Source of the DNA: a virus
Lineage: Duplodnaviria > Caudoviricetes
Reading direction: 5' to 3' (one strand)
IMG/VR virus record: IMGVR_UViG_3300017912_001693
Location: 1 to 30,402 of that record
Length of the DNA: 30,402 bases
The translations under genes were made by a program, and so were the position numbers. Below, piece by piece: positions 1 to 9,459 of this stretch (position 1 is the stretch's first letter; each line of letters opens with the position of its first letter). The notes beneath the pieces are model-generated. The model was not told the origin of the DNA, did not search any database, and was given only the letters and a program-made list of their open reading frames with translations.

Positions 1-393
1 AAAGATTTCTTGGTCGTACTGGTCACGCAGACGATAGCCAGCGCGGTCAGTAGCCAAGGATTCAAAGTTAATGTGGCTATGGGCTTCTTCGATGTCGTCA
101 ATCTTGAACGCAAAGTAGTTAGCCTGATCGACAACGAGGGTAAAGTCCTCGTCATCCAGTTCTTGCGGAACAATCTGAGTACCGCGAGAATATTCTTGCA
201 CCGAGATTTCCGGTTCTTTAATGATACGAACGGTATCACCAAAGTTGGCGATTTCGCCAAAGTAGTCATTGTTGGTAATATCTTCTACCACCGAGGCTTT
301 ACGAAAGGCCGTCTGGACTTTCTTAGAGTAAATAATCGGGGAGAAATTACCGTTGGGGAGGTTAGCGTACCCCGCCGCTGCACGGAATGCCAT
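1..393 (-). CDS. Major capsid protein, N-terminal 131 codons (continues beyond the window)
   Basis: Not in the ORF track. Manual translation from ATG 393: MAFRAAAGYANLPNGNFSPIIYSKKVQTAFRKASVVEDITNNDYFGEIANFGDTVRIIKEPEISVQEYSRGTQIVPQELDDEDFTLVVDQANYFAFKIDDIEE. This matches my recollection of HMO-2011/SIO1-like capsid N-termini. SD AGAAAGGAG at 409-401; lies downstream of scaffold and portal. Confidence 0.9.
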   Translation of the reverse strand, partial: MAFRAAAGYANLPNGNFSPIIYSKKVQTAFRKASVVEDITNNDYFGEIANFGDTVRIIKEPEISVQEYSRGTQIVPQELDDEDFTLVVDQANYFAFKIDDIEEAHSHINFESLATDRAGYRLRDQYDQEIF

Positions 394-440
394 TGGTTTT
401 CTCCTTTCTGGCAATGCTGGAAAAGAGCTAACGCGATAGC

Positions 441-579
441 TTCAAGGCTGACGGGATAGGGTGAGGTTAGAACCGGCCTACGGAATCAGGTGGTTGAAGG
501 CTTGATGTTAGCCTTTTATTAGAGGAGATCTATGTCTCTACTCTATTATATGCGGTGGTAGTCCCAGACGGGAGGCACC
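441..579 (-). promoter_or_regulatory. Structured 5' leader of the capsid mRNA (four hairpins, three YYAC/CC internal loops)
   Basis: Minus-strand hairpins: GGTG-CC-TCCC-GTCT-GGGA-CTAC-CACC (579-554); TAGAG..GAGA..TCTC-CTCTA (545-520); AAGGCT..AGCCTT (515-497); TTCAA-CCAC-CTGA..TAGG-CC-GGTT-CT-AACC-TCAC-CCTA..TCAG-CC-TTGAA (498-441). Confidence 0.6.
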
Positions 580-598
580 TTTTTAGTATTCTTTGGGC

Positions 599-627
599 AT
601 TATAACATAGTAAATTTCATTTGTCAA
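599..627 (-). promoter_or_regulatory. Sigma70-type promoter for the major capsid gene
   Basis: Perfect TTGACA-17 nt-TATAAT on the minus strand, about 200 nt upstream of the capsid ATG. Confidence 0.85.
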
Positions 628-635
628 GTAAAAAA

Positions 636-1469
636 TTAACGTGCGCCCGCAGAAAGATCGTAATCAAAGTTACCGCTCTTGCGAGCTTTTTCGATTTCGT
701 CTTCGTATCTTTCGTATTCTCTAGCAGACAACTGCATCACCTTAGACTCTGACCACACATTTTTGCCGTCAGTAGGCTCTTCTGCTCTCTTGCTAGTTTT
801 GACAGACTTAGCAGCATTCGTATCCTGCTTAGTTTCTTTTTTATTGTTTTCAGATTTGTAAAGATCAATAGCTTTAGCAGCACCTAAAAAATCTGTGTCA
901 TTTTCATATAAGGCGCTCTGAATCCATTTTGGTTGATCGGCCACCCACTCATGAAAATTTTTATCTTGTCTCAAGTCATCATAGTCGGGGTGTAAGCGAG
1001 CAAGTTCTTTTTCCGCTTTCTCTCTTTCAATCTTAAACTCTAGTTCTTCTACCCGACGTAACTTACTCTCTACCTCGCCGCTGGCTTCCATCGCCTTTTT
1101 AGTGGCAATAGTTTCAACAATCTTAGCTACGTCTGGATATTTTTCGGCCCACTGATCTAGCTCCTCGTCACTTTTCGGCAGCTTTACTTGTTTTTTGGTA
1201 AGAGCCTCAATCTGCTCTTGCATCTGCCTGATGGTGCGATCAGTGTCCTCTTTGATACGTTGTTGATGACGGCGTAAATCACCGTACCGTTTTTTGAAAG
1301 TTTGCTCCTCAGCGTCTAAATTTTGATCTTCTTGCTCTGCCTGTTCCTCAACGGGTTGTGGGTTTCTTTCTGCCTCTAGCCTGGCAATCTCTTGTTCGTC
1401 CTCCGCAACATGATCTCTTTTATACTTAATGGTTGCAACTTGATCTTCTTGTACTTCCGCCATAGTCAT
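636..1469 (-). CDS. Probable capsid scaffolding protein
   Basis: 277 aa acidic coiled-coil protein (EEQTFKKRYGDLRRH, WAEKYPDVAKIVETIA) immediately upstream of the capsid gene; SD AAGGAG. Confidence 0.75.
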   Translation of the reverse strand: MTMAEVQEDQVATIKYKRDHVAEDEQEIARLEAERNPQPVEEQAEQEDQNLDAEEQTFKKRYGDLRRHQQRIKEDTDRTIRQMQEQIEALTKKQVKLPKSDEELDQWAEKYPDVAKIVETIATKKAMEASGEVESKLRRVEELEFKIEREKAEKELARLHPDYDDLRQDKNFHEWVADQPKWIQSALYENDTDFLGAAKAIDLYKSENNKKETKQDTNAAKSVKTSKRAEEPTDGKNVWSESKVMQLSAREYERYEDEIEKARKSGNFDYDLSAGAR

Positions 1470-1475
1470 AGTATT

Positions 1476-1539
1476 CTCCTTTTTGGGGGTCTTTAGTAGC
1501 CTGACACCATGTCAGGGGTAAAAAGTAGCCCGAAAAAAA
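1476..1539 (-). promoter_or_regulatory. RBS-overlapping hairpin with two CTAC/CC internal loops upstream of the scaffold gene
   Basis: Minus strand: TTTTTTTC-GGG-CTAC-TTTTTA-CC-CCTGACA-TGG-TGTCAGG-CTAC-TAAAGA-CC-CCC-AAAAAGGAG; the basal stem can pair with the SD. Confidence 0.7.
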
Positions 1540-1541
1540 TT

Positions 1542-3272
1542 TTACTCGTAAAACATCAGACCGCCACGAGCAGCGGTTTTTACGTCCCTAAAACCGTAAC
1601 CAGGGACAAAAACTTTGTTTTCAAAAACAGGATCGGCTTTTACAATCGCCTCTTCAACAACGTCTTTAATGATTTTTACTTTGGTATCGTCTGCTTCACC
1701 GCGATCATCCTCGCCTAGCTCTTGCATGGTCGGTTCATCAACGTCGATACCGATCATGTCCTCCAAGCTAGTTTCCCCGCCTGGTACACCCGCACCACCG
1801 TCTTTACCTGGGGTGATGTCAAACGTAGCAGCTTCTACTAGCGCCCTGCCAGCGATGTCAGCCATAAGCCCTGCACCACCAGGTAATTTGCCTCCAATTT
1901 CTTGCAACGCTTGCCCGGTTTTTTCTACAAAACTTTTTTCGCGGGGCGGCTCGTAGCTTGTATCGAAAGGGGTTGCGCGACCTTCTCCCATTGCTAGTTG
2001 CGCCGGGGTAAGATCTTCCTCTTCGTCCTCACCACCTTCATCCAAACCAGAGCCAAATCCTTGATCGCCCATGCTAGGCCCAGCAAAACCAGTGTTATCG
2101 GGGTCCATCTCATCAGTAGCATCTGGATCTTCTTCAGACCCAACTTCCCCGCCGCCATTAAACATCGGGGCCATCATGCCACTAGGATGACGCTTGGCTA
2201 CTATAAGCGTGGCTTTTACTTCTTTATCCGGCTCAAGGTATTTAGTTTCTTCATCGTCCTGTTCTACTAGACCGTTTTCATCTACGTTTTCGATTAGGTC
2301 GAGATCTTCCATCTGCTGTAACTGAGCCAGGGCATCTTTGTGAAACTGCACAATCTGAGCCAGCCCATAATATCTTACGACGTTTGCTGGCAGCACATAT
2401 TCACCTGTTGAGAGGTAAGCTGGAATATCATCAGCCACTTCCTCTGGAGTCGCGCCGGGAGGTGGGTCAGCCGGCTCTTCGTCATCATCTTTGACAAAAT
2501 CGACCTCTTTCTCTACAGAGCCTCCAGCGGCTTTCTCTGGGCGCGGTTTTGGTTTAGGCGGCTCTGCTGGGATCAAACTATCGCTGGCCGAATCGTACAC
2601 GATGCCGCGTTGTTTCAGTTCACTCGGTTTGTAAACAACACCAGTGCTTAACACCGGGGACAAAGTTTGATCTGAAGTGCCAAAAAGAGACGAAGTTTCA
2701 TCTTTTACCGTTGGCGTTTCCCCGCGGTTCAGCGCCTTCACCATTTCCACAGCAGCTTTAGTAAACTCTTCTTTCGTATCATACTGCTCTGCCAGTGCGG
2801 CCCCAACTTTATAATTAACAATATCTCTATCCGCTTCCTCTAAAAGCTGGTTGTAATAACTAGCGCGATAGGGGTCATCTGCGTCTGGATCTAAAAATCT
2901 TTCGCCTTTAGCGATTAGCTGGTCCATGACCTCAGTGGCCTCTAACAAAGGCTGAAACTGATCTTTTTCAATATATTTAAGATAACCCGCACCGAGGATA
3001 TGTCTTAGCGTGTCACCACCTTTCAGACCCAACTGTTCGCTTTCAGTAAACCGTTTAGCATCTTGGCGGGCAACTTCGGACTCTTCATAAGTGCCTAATT
3101 TTTTAGCGACTAAATTTCTTAGGTCAGTAGATGATTCAATATCATAATCTTCATCCTTAACTGCCGTACCACCCTCGGCCATAGTCACCGGATCAACCTC
3201 TTCCGACAACATCAACTCTTGGATGAAGTCTTTGATCTTGGTTTCTTTGTTGCCTTCTTCAGCCATAATCAA
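1542..3272 (-). CDS. Putative virion (internal/head-associated) protein
   Basis: 576 aa, very acidic. Contains PPPGATPEEVADDIPAYLSTGEYVLPANVVRYYG, a block I recognise from structural modules of related podoviruses; lies between portal and scaffold; four xxGG motifs. Confidence 0.6.
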   Translation of the reverse strand: MIMAEEGNKETKIKDFIQELMLSEEVDPVTMAEGGTAVKDEDYDIESSTDLRNLVAKKLGTYEESEVARQDAKRFTESEQLGLKGGDTLRHILGAGYLKYIEKDQFQPLLEATEVMDQLIAKGERFLDPDADDPYRASYYNQLLEEADRDIVNYKVGAALAEQYDTKEEFTKAAVEMVKALNRGETPTVKDETSSLFGTSDQTLSPVLSTGVVYKPSELKQRGIVYDSASDSLIPAEPPKPKPRPEKAAGGSVEKEVDFVKDDDEEPADPPPGATPEEVADDIPAYLSTGEYVLPANVVRYYGLAQIVQFHKDALAQLQQMEDLDLIENVDENGLVEQDDEETKYLEPDKEVKATLIVAKRHPSGMMAPMFNGGGEVGSEEDPDATDEMDPDNTGFAGPSMGDQGFGSGLDEGGEDEEEDLTPAQLAMGEGRATPFDTSYEPPREKSFVEKTGQALQEIGGKLPGGAGLMADIAGRALVEAATFDITPGKDGGAGVPGGETSLEDMIGIDVDEPTMQELGEDDRGEADDTKVKIIKDVVEEAIVKADPVFENKVFVPGYGFRDVKTAARGGLMFYE

Positions 3273-3490
3273 TCCCTCTTTGATGACCCCTGCACGTCCT
3301 CTTTCATCTGGCCAACTTTTTTCAGTGCAGTAATAGCGCCCTGCGCCCTGTGTATGGTAGCAAAGTCATCCGACTGCTCCAGCACACGATAATGTTCTTG
3401 TATCTTTTCGTTAACGTATATTTGTAAAGTTTCTTTAAAATGTGGAGTGTTTACTAACGGTAAAAGTTTTTTAGCTACTGTGATGTTCAC
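3269..3490 (-). CDS. Small conserved protein downstream of portal
   Basis: 73 aa with IHRAQGAITALKK; starts directly after the portal stop and overlaps the next gene start. Confidence 0.75.
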   Translation of the reverse strand: MNITVAKKLLPLVNTPHFKETLQIYVNEKIQEHYRVLEQSDDFATIHRAQGAITALKKVGQMKEDVQGSSKRD

Positions 3491-5644
3491 TTATCCACCT
3501 ACTTGTTGTAGAGCCTGTAATAATTCTGGAGGTAGTTGTTGTTGCTGTTGGGGCTGTGGCTGGGGCTGCGCCCCACCACCTGTAGGCGCACCTTGCTCAC
3601 CCGGTGCCGGTGCTTGCCCAGTGCCTATCGTGCCACCACCTGTACCCATCGGGTCTTGACCAACCGCCGCTTCAGATTGCTCTGCTGCCATCTGTTGTTG
3701 CATTTGCTGTAGCAGCATAGCCTGACGGAAAGCCTCCTCGGGTGAGTTGGCAACCTTATCTACATCCAAATCCATCGTTGCAGCGATCTCGCGCATGATG
3801 TATGGGAACTTCGCGAACGGTGCTAACACAGGGTTACTAGCAATCTGCAAGAAGCTGATTAGACGCTGTGAGCGGACTTCGTTTTGCATGAAACTTTCAG
3901 TGCCACGAGCGCGGATTTCTAGGTCGCCTTTGATCTCTGGATCAAAATCAAATTGCATGTTAAATGCAAACATCGCCTCGCCTAGCGGACGCAACAGATA
4001 GTCATCGAAGTTTTTGATGACGGTTCTGATAGAGCCACTAGCTGCACCCATTAACATAGAAATGCCTGATGCAGTTCGACCAGTGCCGGTCACGCCTGTT
4101 TGACCATAAGAAAAAGAGGGCAGACCCGAAGACTCGTCAGCTAAAACTCGCGCCTTATCAAACAGCATCATGTTTTCGCTAGACACATTCGGGAACTTTG
4201 TGCCAAATATAGCCTGACCCGGTGCGCCACCTTGACGGCGAAAAACTTTACCAGGATACACAGTTAGATCTTGACCTGGTGTTAGGTTAGACTCATCAAC
4301 TTCAATCAGCAGGTTGCCTGATAGGACAGCGTTGTCCACCGCCAACCGCATGAAACCATTCATCAGGGTTTGCGTGTCGTCCATGTTTTCAGCCAACCCG
4401 ACACCGAAGAACGAATACGGGTTAACTTCATAAGGAGTCGCGAAGTAAGGGATTCTTTTAGGCGTGAAAGGGTTAATAACAAGCCGGAGAACTTCTCCGT
4501 TACAGACCCAGCAATTGATTTGAACTTCGTCTTCATCTTTGTAATCATCAGGAATCTCCAAGTTATTATCGCGAGCGATCTGTGCGTCGATGGTCCCCCA
4601 GAACTCTAGTACCTCAAATCTTTCAATATCTGTGCCGGAGTAAGCAGCATTACCCTCTGCCGTCTGGTTATCATCCAGATCGTTCTCCCACCACTCACGG
4701 GTGTAGTCGGGACCATATTTGATTGCTTCTTCGATAGCACTGGATCTAAAGTACGGACGCTTCTTAAGGTAACGCATCTGAGATCTAGTCATGCGATGAC
4801 GCTCCACAACGTAATCACAATCGTACATGCTATAAGCGTCAGGGTCTGGGTAGAAGTTCCAGAGAGAGGTGTACTCAACTTGCGGAACTGTTTTTAGTGT
4901 AGGGTCATATTCTCCGTTTTCATTCCAGTTGGAATATTCTTTGTCGAAAGCAAACGGCCCTTTCATGATACCGGTGCCAAACGCCACGCACTCAAAACAA
5001 CTGAAGCGTAAATGCCGGGTAGCAGCAGACTCTTCTAACTGATCCTTAATTTTCTTTTCCATCTTTTTAGCGGCAACCATAGCCGGATGGAATGTGATAG
5101 CGGATGGTGTAACCCCTGGCCCCTCTTTCAAACCTTCGATATTCTCAAGGTCATCTTGCAGCGGACCTAAACGATCTCGTAAAGTGTCTACAGTATCGCC
5201 AGGTTGTAGATCCTTACCGTCACCAGGGAACCCGTAAACATTAGAGAACTGCTCCATAGCGGCATTGTCTTGCACTTCTTTGGGGTCGAAGTGAACTGTG
5301 TCTGCTACACCTTCTGGTAAAGTGGTAGGCTCAACACCGATAGGAAATCTATTTTGACTGAACAGAACGTCGATTAGCTGACCGTAAGCAGCCAGCACTT
5401 TCGTTTTCGTAACCTTAATAAAAACACGCGACTTTTCAGTATCAGTGAACTGAACATCAGGGCCATAAATGCCACGATAGTTTCTGTACGCTTGAAGCCA
5501 CCGCGACTCATCGTGATATCTCGCGTCCTTTGCTCTCTCAAATCTATCTTCAATATAGCTAACTATATTGCTATATTCACCGCGCCCCTCGTCTCCGGTA
5601 TCGTCTAAAACATTGATCGTTTCGTTTTCGTATTGTTCTGCCAT
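3491..5644 (-). CDS. Portal protein
   Basis: 717 aa directly after TerL; motifs SRVFIKVTKTKVLAAYGQ, PYEVNPYSFFGVG, GRTASGISMLM; Gln/Gly/Pro-rich tail. Confidence 0.9.
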   Translation of the reverse strand: MAEQYENETINVLDDTGDEGRGEYSNIVSYIEDRFERAKDARYHDESRWLQAYRNYRGIYGPDVQFTDTEKSRVFIKVTKTKVLAAYGQLIDVLFSQNRFPIGVEPTTLPEGVADTVHFDPKEVQDNAAMEQFSNVYGFPGDGKDLQPGDTVDTLRDRLGPLQDDLENIEGLKEGPGVTPSAITFHPAMVAAKKMEKKIKDQLEESAATRHLRFSCFECVAFGTGIMKGPFAFDKEYSNWNENGEYDPTLKTVPQVEYTSLWNFYPDPDAYSMYDCDYVVERHRMTRSQMRYLKKRPYFRSSAIEEAIKYGPDYTREWWENDLDDNQTAEGNAAYSGTDIERFEVLEFWGTIDAQIARDNNLEIPDDYKDEDEVQINCWVCNGEVLRLVINPFTPKRIPYFATPYEVNPYSFFGVGLAENMDDTQTLMNGFMRLAVDNAVLSGNLLIEVDESNLTPGQDLTVYPGKVFRRQGGAPGQAIFGTKFPNVSSENMMLFDKARVLADESSGLPSFSYGQTGVTGTGRTASGISMLMGAASGSIRTVIKNFDDYLLRPLGEAMFAFNMQFDFDPEIKGDLEIRARGTESFMQNEVRSQRLISFLQIASNPVLAPFAKFPYIMREIAATMDLDVDKVANSPEEAFRQAMLLQQMQQQMAAEQSEAAVGQDPMGTGGGTIGTGQAPAPGEQGAPTGGGAQPQPQPQQQQQLPPELLQALQQVGG

Positions 5645-5653
5645 TGTAAATCC

Positions 5654-7474
5654 TTAATATCCAAACCTAGAATCAGAGGGCGCCCATCTTGTTTTTGGCA
5701 TATTATCAAACGCGGTTCGCAGGTTTGTAGGGCGAGATGAAACCATGTAACGCAAAGCATCGTAGGCGTGATCCTCGGCGTTGGTATCTACGTCTTCAGC
5801 ATTGCGCTTGTCTAAAGGAATAGACGAAATCTGGTCGATGATATTTCTACAGTTAGAAAAAAATCTGAGGCCGGGTTCACCAGTATCCTCGTCTTGCATC
5901 AGCCTTTTATGGATTTCGATTTTACCGCTGACGCGCGAGCCTGGTGATCTATCAGAGGGTCGGAACCTACAGCCTTCCGCATTAAGCATCTCTGCGATGG
6001 ACGGGCCGCGATCACCTCGTCTTGCCCAGCAACTGCTATCTAAGACAGCATCGTAGATACGGCCATCACCTAACTCTAAATCGACTATCTGGCGACCTAG
6101 CTGGTCGGCTGTCAATCGGTTGACATATAGCTCTCTATAAATCCATATATTATCGTCGTAATCAACAGCGCCCCAAAGGACGGCAGAATGAGAAGCAAAA
6201 CCAAAGTCAGCAGCACGAATTTTAGTCCAGCCGCTAGGAATCTCAAACGGATCGACAACATGGATTGATTTGTTAAACTCAGGGAACGCGCCATCTGCTA
6301 CGATATCCCAATCACCGTAAAGATACTGTTGCTTCATTACATCAGGTAACTGAGCCAGCATCGTAACATAGCTATCGTCTTGGGTAAGATATGGATTATC
6401 CCACACAGACGCCGGAATAAATTTACGGGTCAACTCTGCGGTGAGTGTCTTGCCGTCTAGTTCATACTCTACTTTTTCAGAGAACCGCGTGTTTGGTTTA
6501 GCCGGAGAGATGAATAGTTCTTTTACCCAGCCTGACCCCCTGTTGCCGGGGTTGCCGGTGGCCCGCATATGTAGCGGGATGGTAGGGTCCGCAGAACGCA
6601 AAGAGGATCGTAAGAAATACCAAATATCTGGGGTTGGGTATTGTGGTAACTCGTCAACCCCTATCCACGAATACGACTGACCTTGATAACGCAGAACGTC
6701 CTGCAAGTTTTCGCAATACCCAAACTCGATTCTTGCACCGCTGGGAAAGTGCCAAGTATTTTCTTGAGTTTTAAACTTCGCACCTGGGACCGCTTTCGGA
6801 TAAATTTGCTGAGTCTGAAAAATAACATCTCTCAGTTCCGGCATCGTGCGTCGAATTAATAATGCACGAGAGGTAGGCTTATCCACAAACCGTAAAGGAG
6901 CAATAAGCAAGCTATAAGTTTTGCCACCCCCACGAGCGCCACCATAAAATACTTCCCTCTCGTTTGATCTGAGGAAATCAGTTTGAGGGCCAGGGTTAGG
7001 GCGGAACGCAACTTCTCTATTATCTTCAACAGGCAAATCCTCAAAAGAAATGATGTTGGATGGAGAGGTCGTTTTCTTTTTAGCTCTATCTAGGCGGCGC
7101 TTCGCCTGGTCTGCTTTAATCCTAGTTTGTTTCTCAGTTTGTTTAAGATCCTCCAGCTTACGCTGAGTAGGAGTGAGTTTCTTACGGCGTTTTTTTCGCC
7201 GGTCTTCAAGCTCTTCTTCTGTCCATGAAAGTTTATGTAATCTAGTTCCCGATAGTTTTCGACCTGTTTCTGTTTCCAACCACGCTGCAACAGATCTAAC
7301 CGAACGTCCTGCTCGAACATGTTCAATCGCCTCACCCAAAAGTTCTAACGCCTTTGGATCTGGAACGTGCCAACCTACGCCGTCCTCATCTACCTCTCTA
7401 TCAAAACCAAACGGCAGTTTACCTCTGGCTTTGTATTTTTCAGACCGGAGATGATTAATCTTCGGGTGAGCCAT
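5654..7474 (-). CDS. terL: Terminase large subunit with an N-terminal HTH-like extension
   Basis: Walker A YGGARGGGKT, Walker B IGVDE, ATGNPG, nuclease DFG and EDHAYDALRY. Start 7474 preferred over 7480 because of SD (GAGG) spacing. Confidence 0.93.
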   Translation of the reverse strand: MAHPKINHLRSEKYKARGKLPFGFDREVDEDGVGWHVPDPKALELLGEAIEHVRAGRSVRSVAAWLETETGRKLSGTRLHKLSWTEEELEDRRKKRRKKLTPTQRKLEDLKQTEKQTRIKADQAKRRLDRAKKKTTSPSNIISFEDLPVEDNREVAFRPNPGPQTDFLRSNEREVFYGGARGGGKTYSLLIAPLRFVDKPTSRALLIRRTMPELRDVIFQTQQIYPKAVPGAKFKTQENTWHFPSGARIEFGYCENLQDVLRYQGQSYSWIGVDELPQYPTPDIWYFLRSSLRSADPTIPLHMRATGNPGNRGSGWVKELFISPAKPNTRFSEKVEYELDGKTLTAELTRKFIPASVWDNPYLTQDDSYVTMLAQLPDVMKQQYLYGDWDIVADGAFPEFNKSIHVVDPFEIPSGWTKIRAADFGFASHSAVLWGAVDYDDNIWIYRELYVNRLTADQLGRQIVDLELGDGRIYDAVLDSSCWARRGDRGPSIAEMLNAEGCRFRPSDRSPGSRVSGKIEIHKRLMQDEDTGEPGLRFFSNCRNIIDQISSIPLDKRNAEDVDTNAEDHAYDALRYMVSSRPTNLRTAFDNMPKTRWAPSDSRFGY

Positions 7475-7826
7475 CCGCATCCTCTAGCGGCGGCAAAAAT
7501 ACGATAGCCGCCCCATTTGTTTTATGTTCTACTTTCTCAGTCTTAACGATGCCGGTGCGATCTAAAATCTCTTTCGCAGCAGCTAAACGGTCTTTGTTGC
7601 CAAGGGCCGTAGGATCATCCAAGATACCAGACATGGACAACACAGCCTTCGGAGCATTCGCAGCAAGCATATATTCAGCACGTTCAATGATTTCGCTTTT
7701 GAGATTACGGATCAACCGAGCCGGATATTCAGACTTGGCGTACCCCGCCATGTCCATAGCTTGTCGGAAGTTACCTTGCGCATCACCAAACAACGCATTC
7801 AAAAATTTTTCCTGCTGCTCTGTCAT
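7455..7826 (-). CDS. Probable terminase small subunit
   Basis: 123 aa; TEQQEKFLNALF...MAGY N-terminus and RLAAAKEILDRTG; immediately upstream of and overlapping terL. Confidence 0.7.
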   Translation of the reverse strand: MTEQQEKFLNALFGDAQGNFRQAMDMAGYAKSEYPARLIRNLKSEIIERAEYMLAANAPKAVLSMSGILDDPTALGNKDRLAAAKEILDRTGIVKTEKVEHKTNGAAIVFLPPLEDADGSPED

Positions 7827-7827
7827 T

Positions 7828-7998
7828 TTAATACTTTGCTGTTTTGCTGGCCTTTAGGACGCCACGCTGAGTAAAGCCGCCCTGCTTCATTTTAGCCATA
7901 GAGTCTGCGTGTTTCATAATCGTCTTGGCTTGCTTGCCGTGCAACTTAGAGGCTTTTGCCAGTTGACCAGCAACCTTTTTGATACCTTTTACACTCAT
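7828..7998 (-). CDS. Small basic protein (56 aa)
   Basis: Not in the track. MSVKGIKKVAGQLAKASKLHGKQAKTIMKHADSMAKMKQGGFTQRGVLKASKTAKY; ATGA overlap with the upstream gene and fills the gap to terS. Confidence 0.8.
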   Translation of the reverse strand: MSVKGIKKVAGQLAKASKLHGKQAKTIMKHADSMAKMKQGGFTQRGVLKASKTAKY

Positions 7999-8834
7999 GA
8001 CTTTGCCTTTTTACCCTTGGTGTACAGCGGACCACGCCGGGTAAACATGCCACCTTTCCGTCTATTGCCACGCATCATCTCTTCATAATCTTGCAACGGA
8101 TCAGGCGAGTCAGGGAAAAGACGGCGAGCCTCTTCTTCTCTCATCTCCATCGCACTTTTACCGGTCAAACGGATACCGGTCGCGCGTTCAATAGCGCCCC
8201 TAATATCGTCCTCGCCAGCGCGACGACTTCTCGTTTGGATGGTTCTAGGACCTTTCTTCTCCGCTGCGCGACGATCAGCAGCCCTCTTTTTAGCAGCAGC
8301 CTCTTTTTTCCGCGCCAGACTAATTTCGTTTTCTCGCAACTCGCTGCCTGGTGTGGGTTTCAACTCTCTCTTTTTAGTGATAGGGGCGGCGCGTTTTTTA
8401 GCAACAGCAGTTTTGGTCGGTGCTGACTTCGGTTTGTCTTCAGTCTTTTTTCTACGACCCATTTGGCCTCGTCCTGCGGTGCCAGGTTTTTTAGCAGCAG
8501 CAGTGTCGGGTTTTTTAGCCCGTACTTTTTCGCTAATATTTTGCAAAGCTCGTTCGCCAGGAGGGGTGCCACCTCCTAGAATGGACTCAGTAGATTTAGG
8601 GGCAGCCGGTGGCGGCGGTGGTGTTTTAGTGCCTTTAAAGGCATCAGGGTTATTTTTTTTGAGGGCGCGGATTTTTTCTAGGGCATTGTTCATACGCAAT
8701 CGTTGCACATCTTTAATATAAGGACTGTCCGTTTTGCCAAACTTTTCTTTAGCCGCATCGTATTGTTTTTGTAGCTTTTCCATTCTAGCTTTCAGAGTGG
8801 TGCTACCTTTTCTCTTCCTGTTCATCTGTGACAT
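7995..8834 (-). CDS. Lys/Arg/Ala/Pro-rich low-complexity protein
   Basis: 279 aa, histone-H1-like composition, C-terminal RRKGGMFTRRG; fits the operon tiling. Confidence 0.75.
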   Translation of the reverse strand: MSQMNRKRKGSTTLKARMEKLQKQYDAAKEKFGKTDSPYIKDVQRLRMNNALEKIRALKKNNPDAFKGTKTPPPPPAAPKSTESILGGGTPPGERALQNISEKVRAKKPDTAAAKKPGTAGRGQMGRRKKTEDKPKSAPTKTAVAKKRAAPITKKRELKPTPGSELRENEISLARKKEAAAKKRAADRRAAEKKGPRTIQTRSRRAGEDDIRGAIERATGIRLTGKSAMEMREEEARRLFPDSPDPLQDYEEMMRGNRRKGGMFTRRGPLYTKGKKAKS

Positions 8835-8842
8835 TAGAACCC

Positions 8843-9082
8843 CTACCTATATTTTCTAGTCTTCGCTGCAATCCGTTTAGGCTGTTTAACAAATTGCTTA
8901 CCAGCTTTGGTTCCCTTGCGTTTAGCACGAGTAGTAGCAGCGTACTCAGCAGGGCTAAGTGCCTTGATGGCTTTTTCTGGTAGATATCGCTCACCAGTCT
9001 TTGACGATTTTTTGCCCGACTTGGTGCGCCATTTTTGTTTCGTCCAATCCTTCAGACTTTGCTGTGATTTTTTAAGTGCCAT
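8843..9082 (-). CDS. Small basic conserved phage protein (DUF5872-like)
   Basis: 79 aa, SLKDWTKQKWRTKSGK...GERYLPEKAIKALS; family name from recall. Confidence 0.75.
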   Translation of the reverse strand: MALKKSQQSLKDWTKQKWRTKSGKKSSKTGERYLPEKAIKALSPAEYAATTRAKRKGTKAGKQFVKQPKRIAAKTRKYR

Positions 9083-9459
9083 TAACGGCCCCGTTCATCT
9101 ACACGATGACGGTCCTCATGCTCTTCAAACGCTTCCCAAAGCTCGTCAAGGTCATCAGACATCCGCTCTACGTCTTTAGCCATCAGAGCAGTCTTTTGCA
9201 TCATCTTAGACATCATCTGACCCATGCGCTTATGCTCGGCCAACTCTTCTAAAATTCCTTCAAGTTTACGCTGATGCTCTGCAACGTCACGACGAAGATT
9301 AACATTTTGCTCGATAGCCATTTTAGAAGATAGACCGCCTACATCTTCTTTTAGACTCTCAACGGTGTGTGCTTGTTGAGACACCCACCAGATAATACCT
9401 GCTGCCTGTAAGATGACCGTAATGATAACTGCAATCGGGATTTTGTTGTCAAAATTCAT
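9082..9459 (-). CDS. Membrane-anchored coiled-coil protein
   Basis: N-terminal hydrophobic segment IPIAVIITVILQAAGIIWWV followed by a heptad-rich region; coupled to both neighbours. Confidence 0.75.
   Translation of the reverse strand: MNFDNKIPIAVIITVILQAAGIIWWVSQQAHTVESLKEDVGGLSSKMAIEQNVNLRRDVAEHQRKLEGILEELAEHKRMGQMMSKMMQKTALMAKDVERMSDDLDELWEAFEEHEDRHRVDERGR

Noticed and set aside
10-459. Plus-strand 149-aa ORF and the many other antisense ORFs in the track (e.g. 1615-1956, 8239-8721, 16307-16693, 20365-20811)
   Set aside because: Shadow frames opposite well-supported genes; the real gene at 1-393 is the minus-strand capsid.
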